A stretch of DNA of 32,000 nt. It comes from Erysipelotrichaceae bacterium. GTDB lineage: Bacteria; Bacillota_I; Bacilli_A; Erysipelotrichales; Erysipelotrichaceae. Position 1 is the first letter of the stretch; each line of letters opens with the position of its first letter. The position numbers and the translations under genes are program-made. The stretch lies in contig OY760660.1 of assembly GCA_963663995.1 (NCBI GenBank), forward strand, positions 390,001 through 422,000. The letters are read 5' to 3'. The notes under the pieces are model-generated. The model searched no databases and had not been told where the DNA came from. It saw only the letters and a list, made by a program, of their open reading frames with translations. Of the stretch, positions 9,353 to 17,225 are shown in pieces.

Positions 9353-10903
9353 ATGATTTTAAACAGAAACACTTTAATCAATAAAATTATTGATTTCAAT
9401 CATCTTAATGATGAACAAATTAATCAACTTTTAAATCCTGATGAACTCATTGAATATAGCAATAAAGTTATTTTAGATATTGTTCAAAGATTTAAAAAAG
9501 CAAAAGAAAATAAAGAGAGAATTTTTATTTGTGGTGATTATGATAGTGATGGAATATGCTCTACAACCATACTCGTTAAAGCATTAAAAAAAATGGGTTT
9601 AGATCTTGGGTTTTATATTCCAAATCGATTTAAAGATGGCTATGGGATTAGCGTCGATATAGCGAAAATGGCAGTTGATAAAGATTATGATTTATTTATC
9701 CTGCTTGATAATGGAGTATCTGCATTCGATGTAGTTGATTTTATTCATGAATCTAAAAAAGAAATAATCATTGTTGATCATCATGAAATCACGAAAGAAG
9801 TAAAAGCAGATTACTTATTACATCCAGATGTTTTAGATAAATATCATGAAGCGATGTGTACAAGTGGTCTTGTACATTTAATCAGTCATCATCTTATTGG
9901 TTATGATGCTTATGCTTGTGCACTTGCTGGAATCGCAACTGTTGGCGATATGATGCCATTATGGAATTACAATCGTACATTATTAATACAAGCATTAAAG
10001 GAAATGAATAAAAATCGTTTTCTACAGTTAACACAATTACTAAAAAATCAAAATGATACGATTGATGAAGAAAGCCTTGCTTTTCAATTAGTACCTAAAA
10101 TAAATGCTGTAGGTCGATTAGCTGATATAGCAAATCCGAACCGAGTTGTTGACTATCTATGCTTAGAAGATAGTGCTGATATTATAAATTTTGCCCAACA
10201 AATAAATGCCATTAATGAACAAAGAAAAAATATCCATCAAGTCATGTCAAAAAAGGCTCACTCGATGATTAATGGGGATGATGTCATCATGGTTTATGAT
10301 GAAAGTTTTCATGAGGGAGTAGTTGGGATTACGGCTGGTCAATTATCAAATTTTTATCAAAAAGTAACTGTTGTCATGCATGATGATGGGACACGTTTAA
10401 AAGGCAGTGTTCGCTCTTTTGGTGGTATCCATTTACGTGAACTTTTTGAACCAGGTTTGCATCTATTAAGCAAATATGGTGGTCATGGGGCTGCGGCTGG
10501 TATTGAGATACAGAAAGATCGATTTGAATCGTTTAAGAAAATTGTAAATGATAACTTTATGAATGTAGTCAAAGATGACGAAAGTTTAGATGCGATTGAT
10601 TTTGATCCTGATCTGATTAATGTGGATAATGTAAAATCACTAAAGGAATTTGCTCCCTATGGAATGGGGTTTAAAATTCCGTCAGTTTTACTGAAAAAAG
10701 CAGAAGTACTTAATATTAAAAAAATGAAAACAGGTCAAAAAATACAAATTAAATTTGATCAAAAGCGCTACGATGTTCTTGATTTTAGTGCTCATCAAAA
10801 TCAAGTAAATGAAGGTGATTTCATTGATTTAATAGCACGATTTACGCTAAATGAGTTTCGAGGTGTCGAAAGTATCACTTTATTTGCTGAGAAGATTAAT
10901 TGA
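9353..10903 (+). CDS. recJ: Single-stranded-DNA-specific exonuclease RecJ (short form)
   Basis: DHH family motifs ICGDYDSDGI, LLDNG and VDHHE. DHHA1 motif GGHGAAAGIE. Bacillus-like position between secDF and apt. Confidence 0.88.
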   Translation: MILNRNTLINKIIDFNHLNDEQINQLLNPDELIEYSNKVILDIVQRFKKAKENKERIFICGDYDSDGICSTTILVKALKKMGLDLGFYIPNRFKDGYGISVDIAKMAVDKDYDLFILLDNGVSAFDVVDFIHESKKEIIIVDHHEITKEVKADYLLHPDVLDKYHEAMCTSGLVHLISHHLIGYDAYACALAGIATVGDMMPLWNYNRTLLIQALKEMNKNRFLQLTQLLKNQNDTIDEESLAFQLVPKINAVGRLADIANPNRVVDYLCLEDSADIINFAQQINAINEQRKNIHQVMSKKAHSMINGDDVIMVYDESFHEGVVGITAGQLSNFYQKVTVVMHDDGTRLKGSVRSFGGIHLRELFEPGLHLLSKYGGHGAAAGIEIQKDRFESFKKIVNDNFMNVVKDDESLDAIDFDPDLINVDNVKSLKEFAPYGMGFKIPSVLLKKAEVLNIKKMKTGQKIQIKFDQKRYDVLDFSAHQNQVNEGDFIDLIARFTLNEFRGVESITLFAEKIN

Positions 10904-10926
10904 CGCTAACGAATTAAAGAAGGCTT

Positions 10927-10935
10927 TGTTATAAT
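10927..10935 (+). promoter_or_regulatory. Extended -10 promoter for apt
   Basis: TGTTATAAT lies 24 nt upstream of the apt ATG. The predicted short 5' UTR contains the GGAGA SD. Confidence 0.5.
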
Positions 10936-10958
10936 AGGTTATGTTAATGGAGACAATT

Positions 10959-11474
10959 ATGAACTTTAAAGATTATATTGCAAGTATAGAAAATTTTCCG
11001 ATTGAAGGTATTTTGTTTAGAGATATTACACCTTTAATGGGGGATGGAGAAGCATTTCACGCAGCTACACAAAAAATTGTTAAGTTTGCCAAAGAAGTTG
11101 ATACAGAAGTGGTTGTCGGACCTGAGTCACGTGGATTTATCTTTGGATGTCCAGTTGCTTATGATTTGAAAATTGGTTTTGTGCCAATTCGTAAACCTGG
11201 TAAACTACCACGCGAAACAGCTAGTTTCTCTTATGATTTAGAATATGGTAAAAATGAATTACATGTTCACAAAGATGGTATAAAACCTGGCCAAAGAGTC
11301 CTCATTGTTGATGACTTATTGGCAACAGGTGGAACCGTAGAAGCAACCATTAAACTTGTTGAAGAGTTAGGTGGAATTGTGGTTGGTTGTGCTTTCTTAA
11401 TCGAACTCACAGGTCTTAACGGACGTAAGGTTTTAAAAGATTATCCAGTATTTACACTCATGGAATACGAATAA
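10959..11474 (+). CDS. apt: Adenine phosphoribosyltransferase
   Basis: [14 protein letters not shown] and the PRPP loop [20 protein letters not shown] 5 nt before the ATG at 10959; the track start at 10941 is upstream of the SD. Confidence 0.95.
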   Translation: MNFKDYIASIENFPIEGILFRDITPLMGDGEAFHAATQKIVKFAKEVDTEVVVGPESRGFIFGCPVAYDLKIGFVPIRKPGKLPRETASFSYDLEYGKNELHVHKDGIKPGQRVLIVDDLLATGGTVEATIKLVEELGGIVVGCAFLIELTGLNGRKVLKDYPVFTLMEYE

Positions 11475-11500
11475 ACCGAAAGTCATTTTCGGTTTATTTT
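11473..11500 (+). terminator. Rho-independent terminator after apt
   Basis: AAACCGAAA pairs with TTTCGGTTT. The loop is GTCAT, followed by ATTTT. Confidence 0.7.
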
Positions 11501-11512
11501 ATAAGGAAAGAT

Positions 11513-13711
11513 ATGACAGATAAAGTAAAAATTCTAAGTATCACTGAGGTCTTAGAACAAGCAAAGTTATATATCACTGAAAAAGACTCACTTGATATGA
11601 TTAAGCGAGCTTTTGATTATGCAGACGGCCATCATCAAGGTCAAATGCGTAAAAGTGGTGAACCTTATATCAATCATTTATTAAATGTAGCTTATATTTT
11701 AACCACTTTAAGAGTTGGTCCTAGTACGATTTGTGCAGGATTATTACATGATGTAATTGAAGATTGTGATGTTAGTTTTGATGAATTAGCAAAAGAATTT
11801 GATGAAGAAATTGCGACAATTGTAGAATCGGTCACTAAAATTGGGAACATCCAATTTAAAGATGAAAAAGAATATATGGCAACTAACCATCGTAAGATTT
11901 TTATTGCGATGGCAAAAGATATACGTGTTATCTTAGTAAAACTTGTTGATCGTTTACATAATATGCGGACGCTCAAATACATGCGTGAGGATAAACAAAA
12001 AAGGATTTCTCGTGAAACACTTGAAGTTTATGCACCTATTGCCCATCGTTTAGGGATAAGTGAAATTAAGAATGAACTTGAAGATTTATCTTTTTCATAT
12101 CTTTATCCTGATAAATATTATGAAATTGCACAATTAGTTGAAATGCGTAAAGCTGAAAGAGATCGTCAAGTTTCATTGATGATTGGTGAAATCAGTGGTA
12201 TTCTCGATAGTTTAAATATTTATCATCGAATTTTTGGTCGTTCAAAACATTTGTATTCAATCTATAAAAAGATGACAACTAAAAATAAGCGTTTTGATGA
12301 AATCTTAGATTTAAATGCGATACGTATTGTAACTGAAAATGAACTAGCTTGTTATGAAGTATTAGGCCATATACATGCAAAATATCGTCCTATTCCTGGT
12401 CGTTTAAAAGATTATATCGCCATGCCTAAAATGAATATGTATCAATCTTTACATACCACCATCATTGCGAATGAAGGAAATATTTTTGAAGTTCAAATTC
12501 GTACTGAAGAAATGGATGCGATTGCTGAGAAGGGGATTGCTGCCCATTATCGCTATAAAGAAGGTTCAAAGTATTCGCATGAGAAGAACCAAAGAGAGAT
12601 TGAAGAAAAACTCACTTGGTTTAAAGATTTTGAAAGTTTAACACAAGAGTCGAAAGACGCTGATGAATACATGGACATCTTAACAAATGATGTTTTTGAA
12701 GCAAATGTTTATGTTATGTCACCAAAAGGCAGAGTCATTGATTTACCAAATGGCGCAACTCCTTTAGACTTTGCTTATCGTATTCATACTGAAGTAGGTC
12801 ATAGCACGGTTGGTGCAATTGTTAATAATGTCATGGTTCCTTTAAACACGGCTTTAAAAACAGGCGATGTGGTTAATATAAAAACATCTAAACAATCAAA
12901 TGGACCATCAGAAGATTGGTTAAAGATTGTTAAAACATCGCATGCTCGTAGTAAAATAAGAACTTTCTTAAATGAAAAAGAAGCTGTTAATCGTAAAGAG
13001 ATGGTTTCAAAAGGTGAAGCACATTTTAAAGAGGAACTCAAGAAACGTGGCATAGATGAAAAGGATTTCTTTGCGAATAAACGCTTAGAAAGTTCTTTAA
13101 ACATGTTCGCGGTTAAGAATATGGATGATTTCTATCATGCGATTGCGGTTAAATCCTTATCTGTAGCGGTAGTTTTTGAAAAACTTAACATGCAAAAGAG
13201 AAGTCTATTAGATGGCTTCAATTTAGATCGTATTTTTAGACCTCAAACAAAACGTAAATCTATATCAAAATCAGGGATTACTGTTAATGGAATTGATGGT
13301 ATACAAATTGCGTTAGCCGGTTGCTGTTCACCTGTTCCTGGTGATGAAATTGTTGGATATATCACAAAAGGTCAAGGTGTTAAAGTCCATCGCAAAGACT
13401 GCGTAAATATTAAAAATGAAATGAAACGTTTAATCGATGTTGAATGGGATGAAGCTTTCCCAGAAGGTAAATATGAAGTTAAACTGTATATCTTAGCGCA
13501 AGATCGTTCGTATCTTGTTTCTGATATCGTCACAACCATTTCTCAATGTAAGGCACAATTAACACAAGTTAATTCATCTGTTAATGAAGATAAAGTAACA
13601 GCTTCTACCTTTGTTTCGGTTTTAGTGACAGATGCTCAACATTTAAATGTTGTTTTATCAAATTTAAAGAAGATACCACAAGTTTTTGAAGTTAGTCGTA
13701 CACAAAATTAA
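11513..13711 (+). CDS. relA: Bifunctional (p)ppGpp synthetase/hydrolase Rel (RelA/SpoT homolog)
   Basis: 732 aa. HD hydrolase motifs (HLLNVAYIL...LHDVIED), synthetase core (RIVT...YQSLHTT...EVQIRT), a TGS domain and a C-terminal ACT-like domain. AAGGAAAG SD. Confidence 0.95.
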   Translation: MTDKVKILSITEVLEQAKLYITEKDSLDMIKRAFDYADGHHQGQMRKSGEPYINHLLNVAYILTTLRVGPSTICAGLLHDVIEDCDVSFDELAKEFDEEIATIVESVTKIGNIQFKDEKEYMATNHRKIFIAMAKDIRVILVKLVDRLHNMRTLKYMREDKQKRISRETLEVYAPIAHRLGISEIKNELEDLSFSYLYPDKYYEIAQLVEMRKAERDRQVSLMIGEISGILDSLNIYHRIFGRSKHLYSIYKKMTTKNKRFDEILDLNAIRIVTENELACYEVLGHIHAKYRPIPGRLKDYIAMPKMNMYQSLHTTIIANEGNIFEVQIRTEEMDAIAEKGIAAHYRYKEGSKYSHEKNQREIEEKLTWFKDFESLTQESKDADEYMDILTNDVFEANVYVMSPKGRVIDLPNGATPLDFAYRIHTEVGHSTVGAIVNNVMVPLNTALKTGDVVNIKTSKQSNGPSEDWLKIVKTSHARSKIRTFLNEKEAVNRKEMVSKGEAHFKEELKKRGIDEKDFFANKRLESSLNMFAVKNMDDFYHAIAVKSLSVAVVFEKLNMQKRSLLDGFNLDRIFRPQTKRKSISKSGITVNGIDGIQIALAGCCSPVPGDEIVGYITKGQGVKVHRKDCVNIKNEMKRLIDVEWDEAFPEGKYEVKLYILAQDRSYLVSDIVTTISQCKAQLTQVNSSVNEDKVTASTFVSVLVTDAQHLNVVLSNLKKIPQVFEVSRTQN

Positions 13712-13733
13712 TCCTTTGTGTTATTATTCTTTC

Positions 13734-13945
13734 ATATCCGATGCGTTGGACAAAGATAAGCATCTCTTCATTATTTAGAGAGAAACTGAAGTGCTGAAAA
13801 GTTTCTAATGAACTGCTTAATAGACAGCCAACAAGGACTCATTATGAGCGCTCATCCCGTTAAGATGCTTAAGCGTGCGTATAATCATACGCAAATTAAG
13901 GTGGCACCACGCTAACAAGCGTCCTTAAACAGGGCGTTTTTTTAT
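13734..13945 (+). promoter_or_regulatory. T-box leader (tRNA-sensing transcription attenuator) of the hisS-aspS operon; specifier most consistent with GAC (Asp)
   Basis: Candidate extended -10 TGTTATTAT at 13719-13727. Stem I has an AGAGAGA box (13777-13783) and a GTGCTGA distal loop (13791-13797). Specifier loop 3' side is AUAGACAG (13820-13827), between helices TAAGCA/TGCTTA and GTTGG/CCAAC. T-box sequence is AAATTAAGGTGGCACCACG (13894-13912). Terminator hairpin at 13917-13939 is followed by a T-run. Confidence 0.85.
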
Positions 13946-13965
13946 TTAAAAGGAGATTTTAAAAA

Positions 13966-15282
13966 ATGGCAAATTATCAAGTCCCACGAGGAACCCAAGA
14001 CATCTACGGTGAAGAGATTAAAAAGTGGCATAAAATTGAACAACTTATCCGTGAGATAACAAATGTTTATGGTTATGAAGAAATTCGTACACCTGAGTTT
14101 GAACACACTGAAGTTTTCGCACGTGAAAACGATTCAAGTGATGTCGTAAACAAAGAAATGTATACCTTTAGTGATCGTGGTGAAAGATCGCTTACATTAA
14201 AGCCTGAAGGAACAGCTGGTTTAATCAGAGCATTTGTTGAACATAAAATGTATGCACTTCCTGATATGCCTTTGAAATACTACTATATTAGTCCTGCTTT
14301 TAGATATGAAAGACCGCAAAAAGGACGGATGCGTATTCATCATCAATTTGGTGTTGAAGTGATGGGTGAAAAATCACCTTATATTGATGCTGAAGTTATT
14401 GGTTTAGGATTAACTTTTGTCCGTACATTAGGTTTATCAAATTTAAAAGTTCTTATCAATACTTTAGGTGATCAAGCTTCTAGAGCTGATTATCGTGAAA
14501 AAATGAAAGATCACTTTAAACCTCACTTACATGAATTTTGTGGTGATTGCCAACGTCGTTATGAACAAAATCCACTACGTATATTAGATTGTAAAGTAGA
14601 TCAAGATAAGGATGCGATGAAAACAGCTCCTAAACTTTATGATTCATTAAACGAAGAATCAAAGAATTATTTTGATTCTGTGATCAAAATTTTAAAAGAT
14701 TCAGGCGTTGAAGTTGAAATTTCAGATCGTTTAGTTCGTGGCTTTGATTACTACACCCACACAGTTTTTGAAATTGTCTCTGAATCAGAAGGTATGGGGT
14801 CACAATCTACCATCTTTGGTGGGGGTCGCTATGATAACCTCGTTAAAGATTTAGGTGGTCCAGAACTATCTGGTATCGGTTTTGGAATGGGAATTGAAAG
14901 ATTACTAGTTGGCTTAGAAGCAGAAGGAGTTAATTTGCTTGAAGAAGAAGGAATTGATATCTACTGTGTAAGTTTAGATGAGATGGCCCATGATTATGCT
15001 TATCATTTAACTCAATACCTACGTTTAAATGGTTATAAAACCGAATACGATATTTATCAAAGATCTTTTAAAGCTCAATTTAAAACAGTTGATCGTAAAA
15101 AAGCTAAATTGGCGATTTTATTAGGCGAAAATGAATTAAAAAATAATCAATTGATATTAAAAAATCAAGAAACAAGTGAACAAATTACAATCAAAGAAGA
15201 TGAATTAATGCATCAACTTGATCATTGGTTGAATGAAGATCATGTTTGTGAACATGATCATGGAGGTCATACACATGAATAG
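13966..15282 (+). CDS. hisS: Histidine--tRNA ligase
   Basis: PRGTQD start region and class II motifs (YYISPAFRYERPQKGRMRIHHQFGVE; GGGRYD). AAAGGAGA SD. Carries an extra His/Asp/Glu-rich C-terminal tail. Confidence 0.95.
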   Translation: MANYQVPRGTQDIYGEEIKKWHKIEQLIREITNVYGYEEIRTPEFEHTEVFARENDSSDVVNKEMYTFSDRGERSLTLKPEGTAGLIRAFVEHKMYALPDMPLKYYYISPAFRYERPQKGRMRIHHQFGVEVMGEKSPYIDAEVIGLGLTFVRTLGLSNLKVLINTLGDQASRADYREKMKDHFKPHLHEFCGDCQRRYEQNPLRILDCKVDQDKDAMKTAPKLYDSLNEESKNYFDSVIKILKDSGVEVEISDRLVRGFDYYTHTVFEIVSESEGMGSQSTIFGGGRYDNLVKDLGGPELSGIGFGMGIERLLVGLEAEGVNLLEEEGIDIYCVSLDEMAHDYAYHLTQYLRLNGYKTEYDIYQRSFKAQFKTVDRKKAKLAILLGENELKNNQLILKNQETSEQITIKEDELMHQLDHWLNEDHVCEHDHGGHTHE

Positions 15283-17017
15283 AACACATAATTGCGGAGA
15301 ACTCCGTGAAGCCCATATTAACTTAGAGGTAACTTTAATCGGTTGGGTTGCGAAAAGACGTAACTTTGGATCTTTAGTTTTCATTGACTTAAGAGATCGT
15401 TATGGCATAACTCAAGTTGTAGCTGATGAAGAGATGTCAAAAAGTATTAAAGACTTAAGATCTGAGTTTTTAATTGAAGTCAAAGGAAGCGTACAGAAAC
15501 GAAAAGATGCTAATGAGAAATTAGCTACAGGTCAAATCGAAGTGATTGCTAGCGAAGTTAAGATTATCAATCGTGCTGAACTTCCTCCAATCCTTGTTCA
15601 AGATGATACAGACGCATTAGAAGATACACGTCTTAAATATCGCTACTTAGACTTACGACGTCCAGTGATGCAAGAAAAGCTCATTAAAAGAGCTAAGATT
15701 GTTCAAAGCATTCGTAATTACTTAGATGCACATGAATTTATTGATATTGAAACACCGATGTTAACAAAATCAACCCCTGAAGGCTCTCGTGAATACTTGG
15801 TGCCATCACGTGTTCATCCTGGCGAATTCTATGCTTTAGCTCAATCCCCGCAAATTTTTAAACAAATGTTAATGGTTGCTGGTTTGGAACGCTATTATCA
15901 AGTGGCTCGTTGTTTTAGAGATGAAGATTTAAGAGCTGATCGTCAACTCGATTTCACGCAAATCGATATTGAAACTTCATTCTTGTCCCAAGATGAATTT
16001 CTAACGATGATGGAAGAAATGGTCGCAAAAGTAATGGCTGAAGTCTTAGGACAAAAAATTGAAACACCATTTCTACGTTTAACTTATAAAGAAGCAATGA
16101 ATCGATATGGTAGTGATAAACCAGATAACCGTTTTGGTTTAGAATTAAGCGATGTTACAAATATTTTCACAGCTTCTGAATTTAAAGTTTTTCAATCTGC
16201 TCTTGAAATAAAAGAGGGTGCGATCAAAGCTTTAGTTTTAAATGATAGCGCAAAATTTTCACGTAAAGAGAGTGATGCCTTAATTGAAGTCGCTAAGAAA
16301 AATGGCGCAAAAGGCATGGTTGTATTGAAATTTGTTAATAATACCATCGAAGGATCTGCCGCTAAATTCTTATCAGAAACAGAAAGCAGTGAATTGATTA
16401 AAGCATTAAATCTAAAAGACAATGATTTAATTTGCATAACTGCTGATCAATGGGAAGTCGCTGCTAATGCTTTAGGTGCAGTGCGTTTAAATCTTAGAGA
16501 TCAATTAAAACTTACGGCAAAATCTGATTTCTCTTATTTATGGGTGACTGATTTCCCAATGTTTGAATACGATGAAAAAGAAGATCGTTATGTGGCTAAA
16601 CATCATCCATTTACACGACCTAAAGATGAAGATGTTCATTTACTCAAAACAGATCCAACTAAAGCATTATCCTGTGGGTATGACATTGTCTTAAATGGTT
16701 ATGAAATCGGCGGTGGCTCATTACGTATTTATGATCCAGAAGTTCAAAAACAAATCTTTGAAATTGTTGGCTTTACAGATGAAGAAATTGAAAAGCGTTT
16801 TGGTTTCTTTATTGATGCCTTTAAGTATGGTACACCTCCACATGGTGGGATTGCCTTTGGTTTAGATCGTTTTGCGATGGTCCTTACAGAGAGTGATAGT
16901 TTAAGAGATGTCATTGCTTTTCCAAAGAATGCAAGTGCTAGATGTCCACTCACTGATGCACCTACTGAAGTTGTTGATAAACAATTAGATGAGTTAAAAA
17001 TTAGCATCAATCGCTAA
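15275..17017 (+). CDS. aspS: Aspartate--tRNA ligase
   Basis: MNRTHNCGELRE N-terminus with an OB anticodon-binding domain. Class II motifs (FRDEDLRADRQ; GGGSLRI; GLDR). GGAGG SD 8 nt before the ATG at 15275. 8-nt overlap with hisS. Confidence 0.95.
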   Translation: MNRTHNCGELREAHINLEVTLIGWVAKRRNFGSLVFIDLRDRYGITQVVADEEMSKSIKDLRSEFLIEVKGSVQKRKDANEKLATGQIEVIASEVKIINRAELPPILVQDDTDALEDTRLKYRYLDLRRPVMQEKLIKRAKIVQSIRNYLDAHEFIDIETPMLTKSTPEGSREYLVPSRVHPGEFYALAQSPQIFKQMLMVAGLERYYQVARCFRDEDLRADRQLDFTQIDIETSFLSQDEFLTMMEEMVAKVMAEVLGQKIETPFLRLTYKEAMNRYGSDKPDNRFGLELSDVTNIFTASEFKVFQSALEIKEGAIKALVLNDSAKFSRKESDALIEVAKKNGAKGMVVLKFVNNTIEGSAAKFLSETESSELIKALNLKDNDLICITADQWEVAANALGAVRLNLRDQLKLTAKSDFSYLWVTDFPMFEYDEKEDRYVAKHHPFTRPKDEDVHLLKTDPTKALSCGYDIVLNGYEIGGGSLRIYDPEVQKQIFEIVGFTDEEIEKRFGFFIDAFKYGTPPHGGIAFGLDRFAMVLTESDSLRDVIAFPKNASARCPLTDAPTEVVDKQLDELKISINR

Positions 17018-17035
17018 AAATGGTTTATAATAAAA

Positions 17036-17215
17036 GTACCCAAAAGGAAAACTTATTTCCGACATATTGATATACGGGAGATTAGACGTTAGCGTTTTGT
17101 GTGAATGCCCAATTCTATTGGGAATCCTAATATCCGCTGCAGATCACCCACCTGGTAACAGGGAACATATCACCTTTTGGGTCACTTAAATTTACCCGAG
17201 AAAATCGGGTTTTTA
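17036..17215 (+). ncRNA. Structured RNA: candidate 6S RNA (ssrS/bsrA-like); alternative is a cis-regulatory leader of the downstream ABC exporter
   Basis: TATAAT at 17026-17031. 10-bp closing stem ACCCAAAAGG (17038-47) with CCTTTTGGGT (17173-82). Inner helices TTCC/GGAA, GGGAGAT (17076-82) with ATCACCC (17143-49), and AGCG/CGCT. Apical hairpin CCCAAT-tct-ATTGGG (17108-22). Large asymmetric central loop containing CCTG-GTAA-CAGG. Intrinsic terminator at 17194-17215. In Bacillus, 6S-1 RNA lies directly downstream of aspS. Confidence 0.45.
17194..17215 (+). terminator. Rho-independent terminator closing the structured RNA
   Basis: ACCCGA (17194-99) pairs with TCGGGT (17205-10). The loop is GAAAA, followed by TTTTATTT. 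Confidence 0.7.
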
Positions 17216-17225
17216 TTTAAAAATT

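Noticed and set aside
9208-9399. 63-aa minus-strand ORF spanning the secDF 3' end, the terminator and the recJ 5' end
   Set aside because: It crosses an intrinsic terminator and two real genes, and has no start context or recognisable sequence features.
11692-13104. Two antisense ORFs (11692-11982 and 12799-13104) inside relA
   Set aside because: They are shadow frames of a strongly supported 732-aa gene, with Ser/Phe/Ile-rich nonsense-like composition.
15233-15274. N-terminal extensions offered by the ORF track: aspS from 15233, and likewise apt 10941, parC 22911, murD 5368 and yqeG 26181
   Set aside because: In each case a downstream ATG aligns with the conserved family N-terminus. It also has a proper SD or stop/start overlap, or, for yqeG, sits at the predicted TSS. 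The extensions encode non-conserved residues.
16192-17010. Antisense ORFs 16192-16437 and 16744-17010 inside aspS
   Set aside because: The same reasoning applies: they lie fully within aspS on the opposite strand and have no independent signals.
17120-17166. Partial resemblance of GGGAATCC...ATCCGCTGCAG...CACCCACCTGGTAA to cobalamin-riboswitch core/B12-box sequences, and of the CCTG-GTAA-CAGG hairpin to SRP RNA helix 8
   Set aside because: The defining GCCACTG B12 box and its flanking helices are absent. The SRP symmetric/asymmetric loop consensus (GGUCAGG...GGAAGCAGC) is not present either. The similarity is too short to support either call.
17067-17189. 40-codon open frame (TTG start) running through the structured RNA after aspS
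   Set aside because: It has no ATG, the only SD-like AAAGGA is ~18 nt away, and the frame coincides with extensive base-pairing. It is more likely kept open by the locally higher GC content than by coding.
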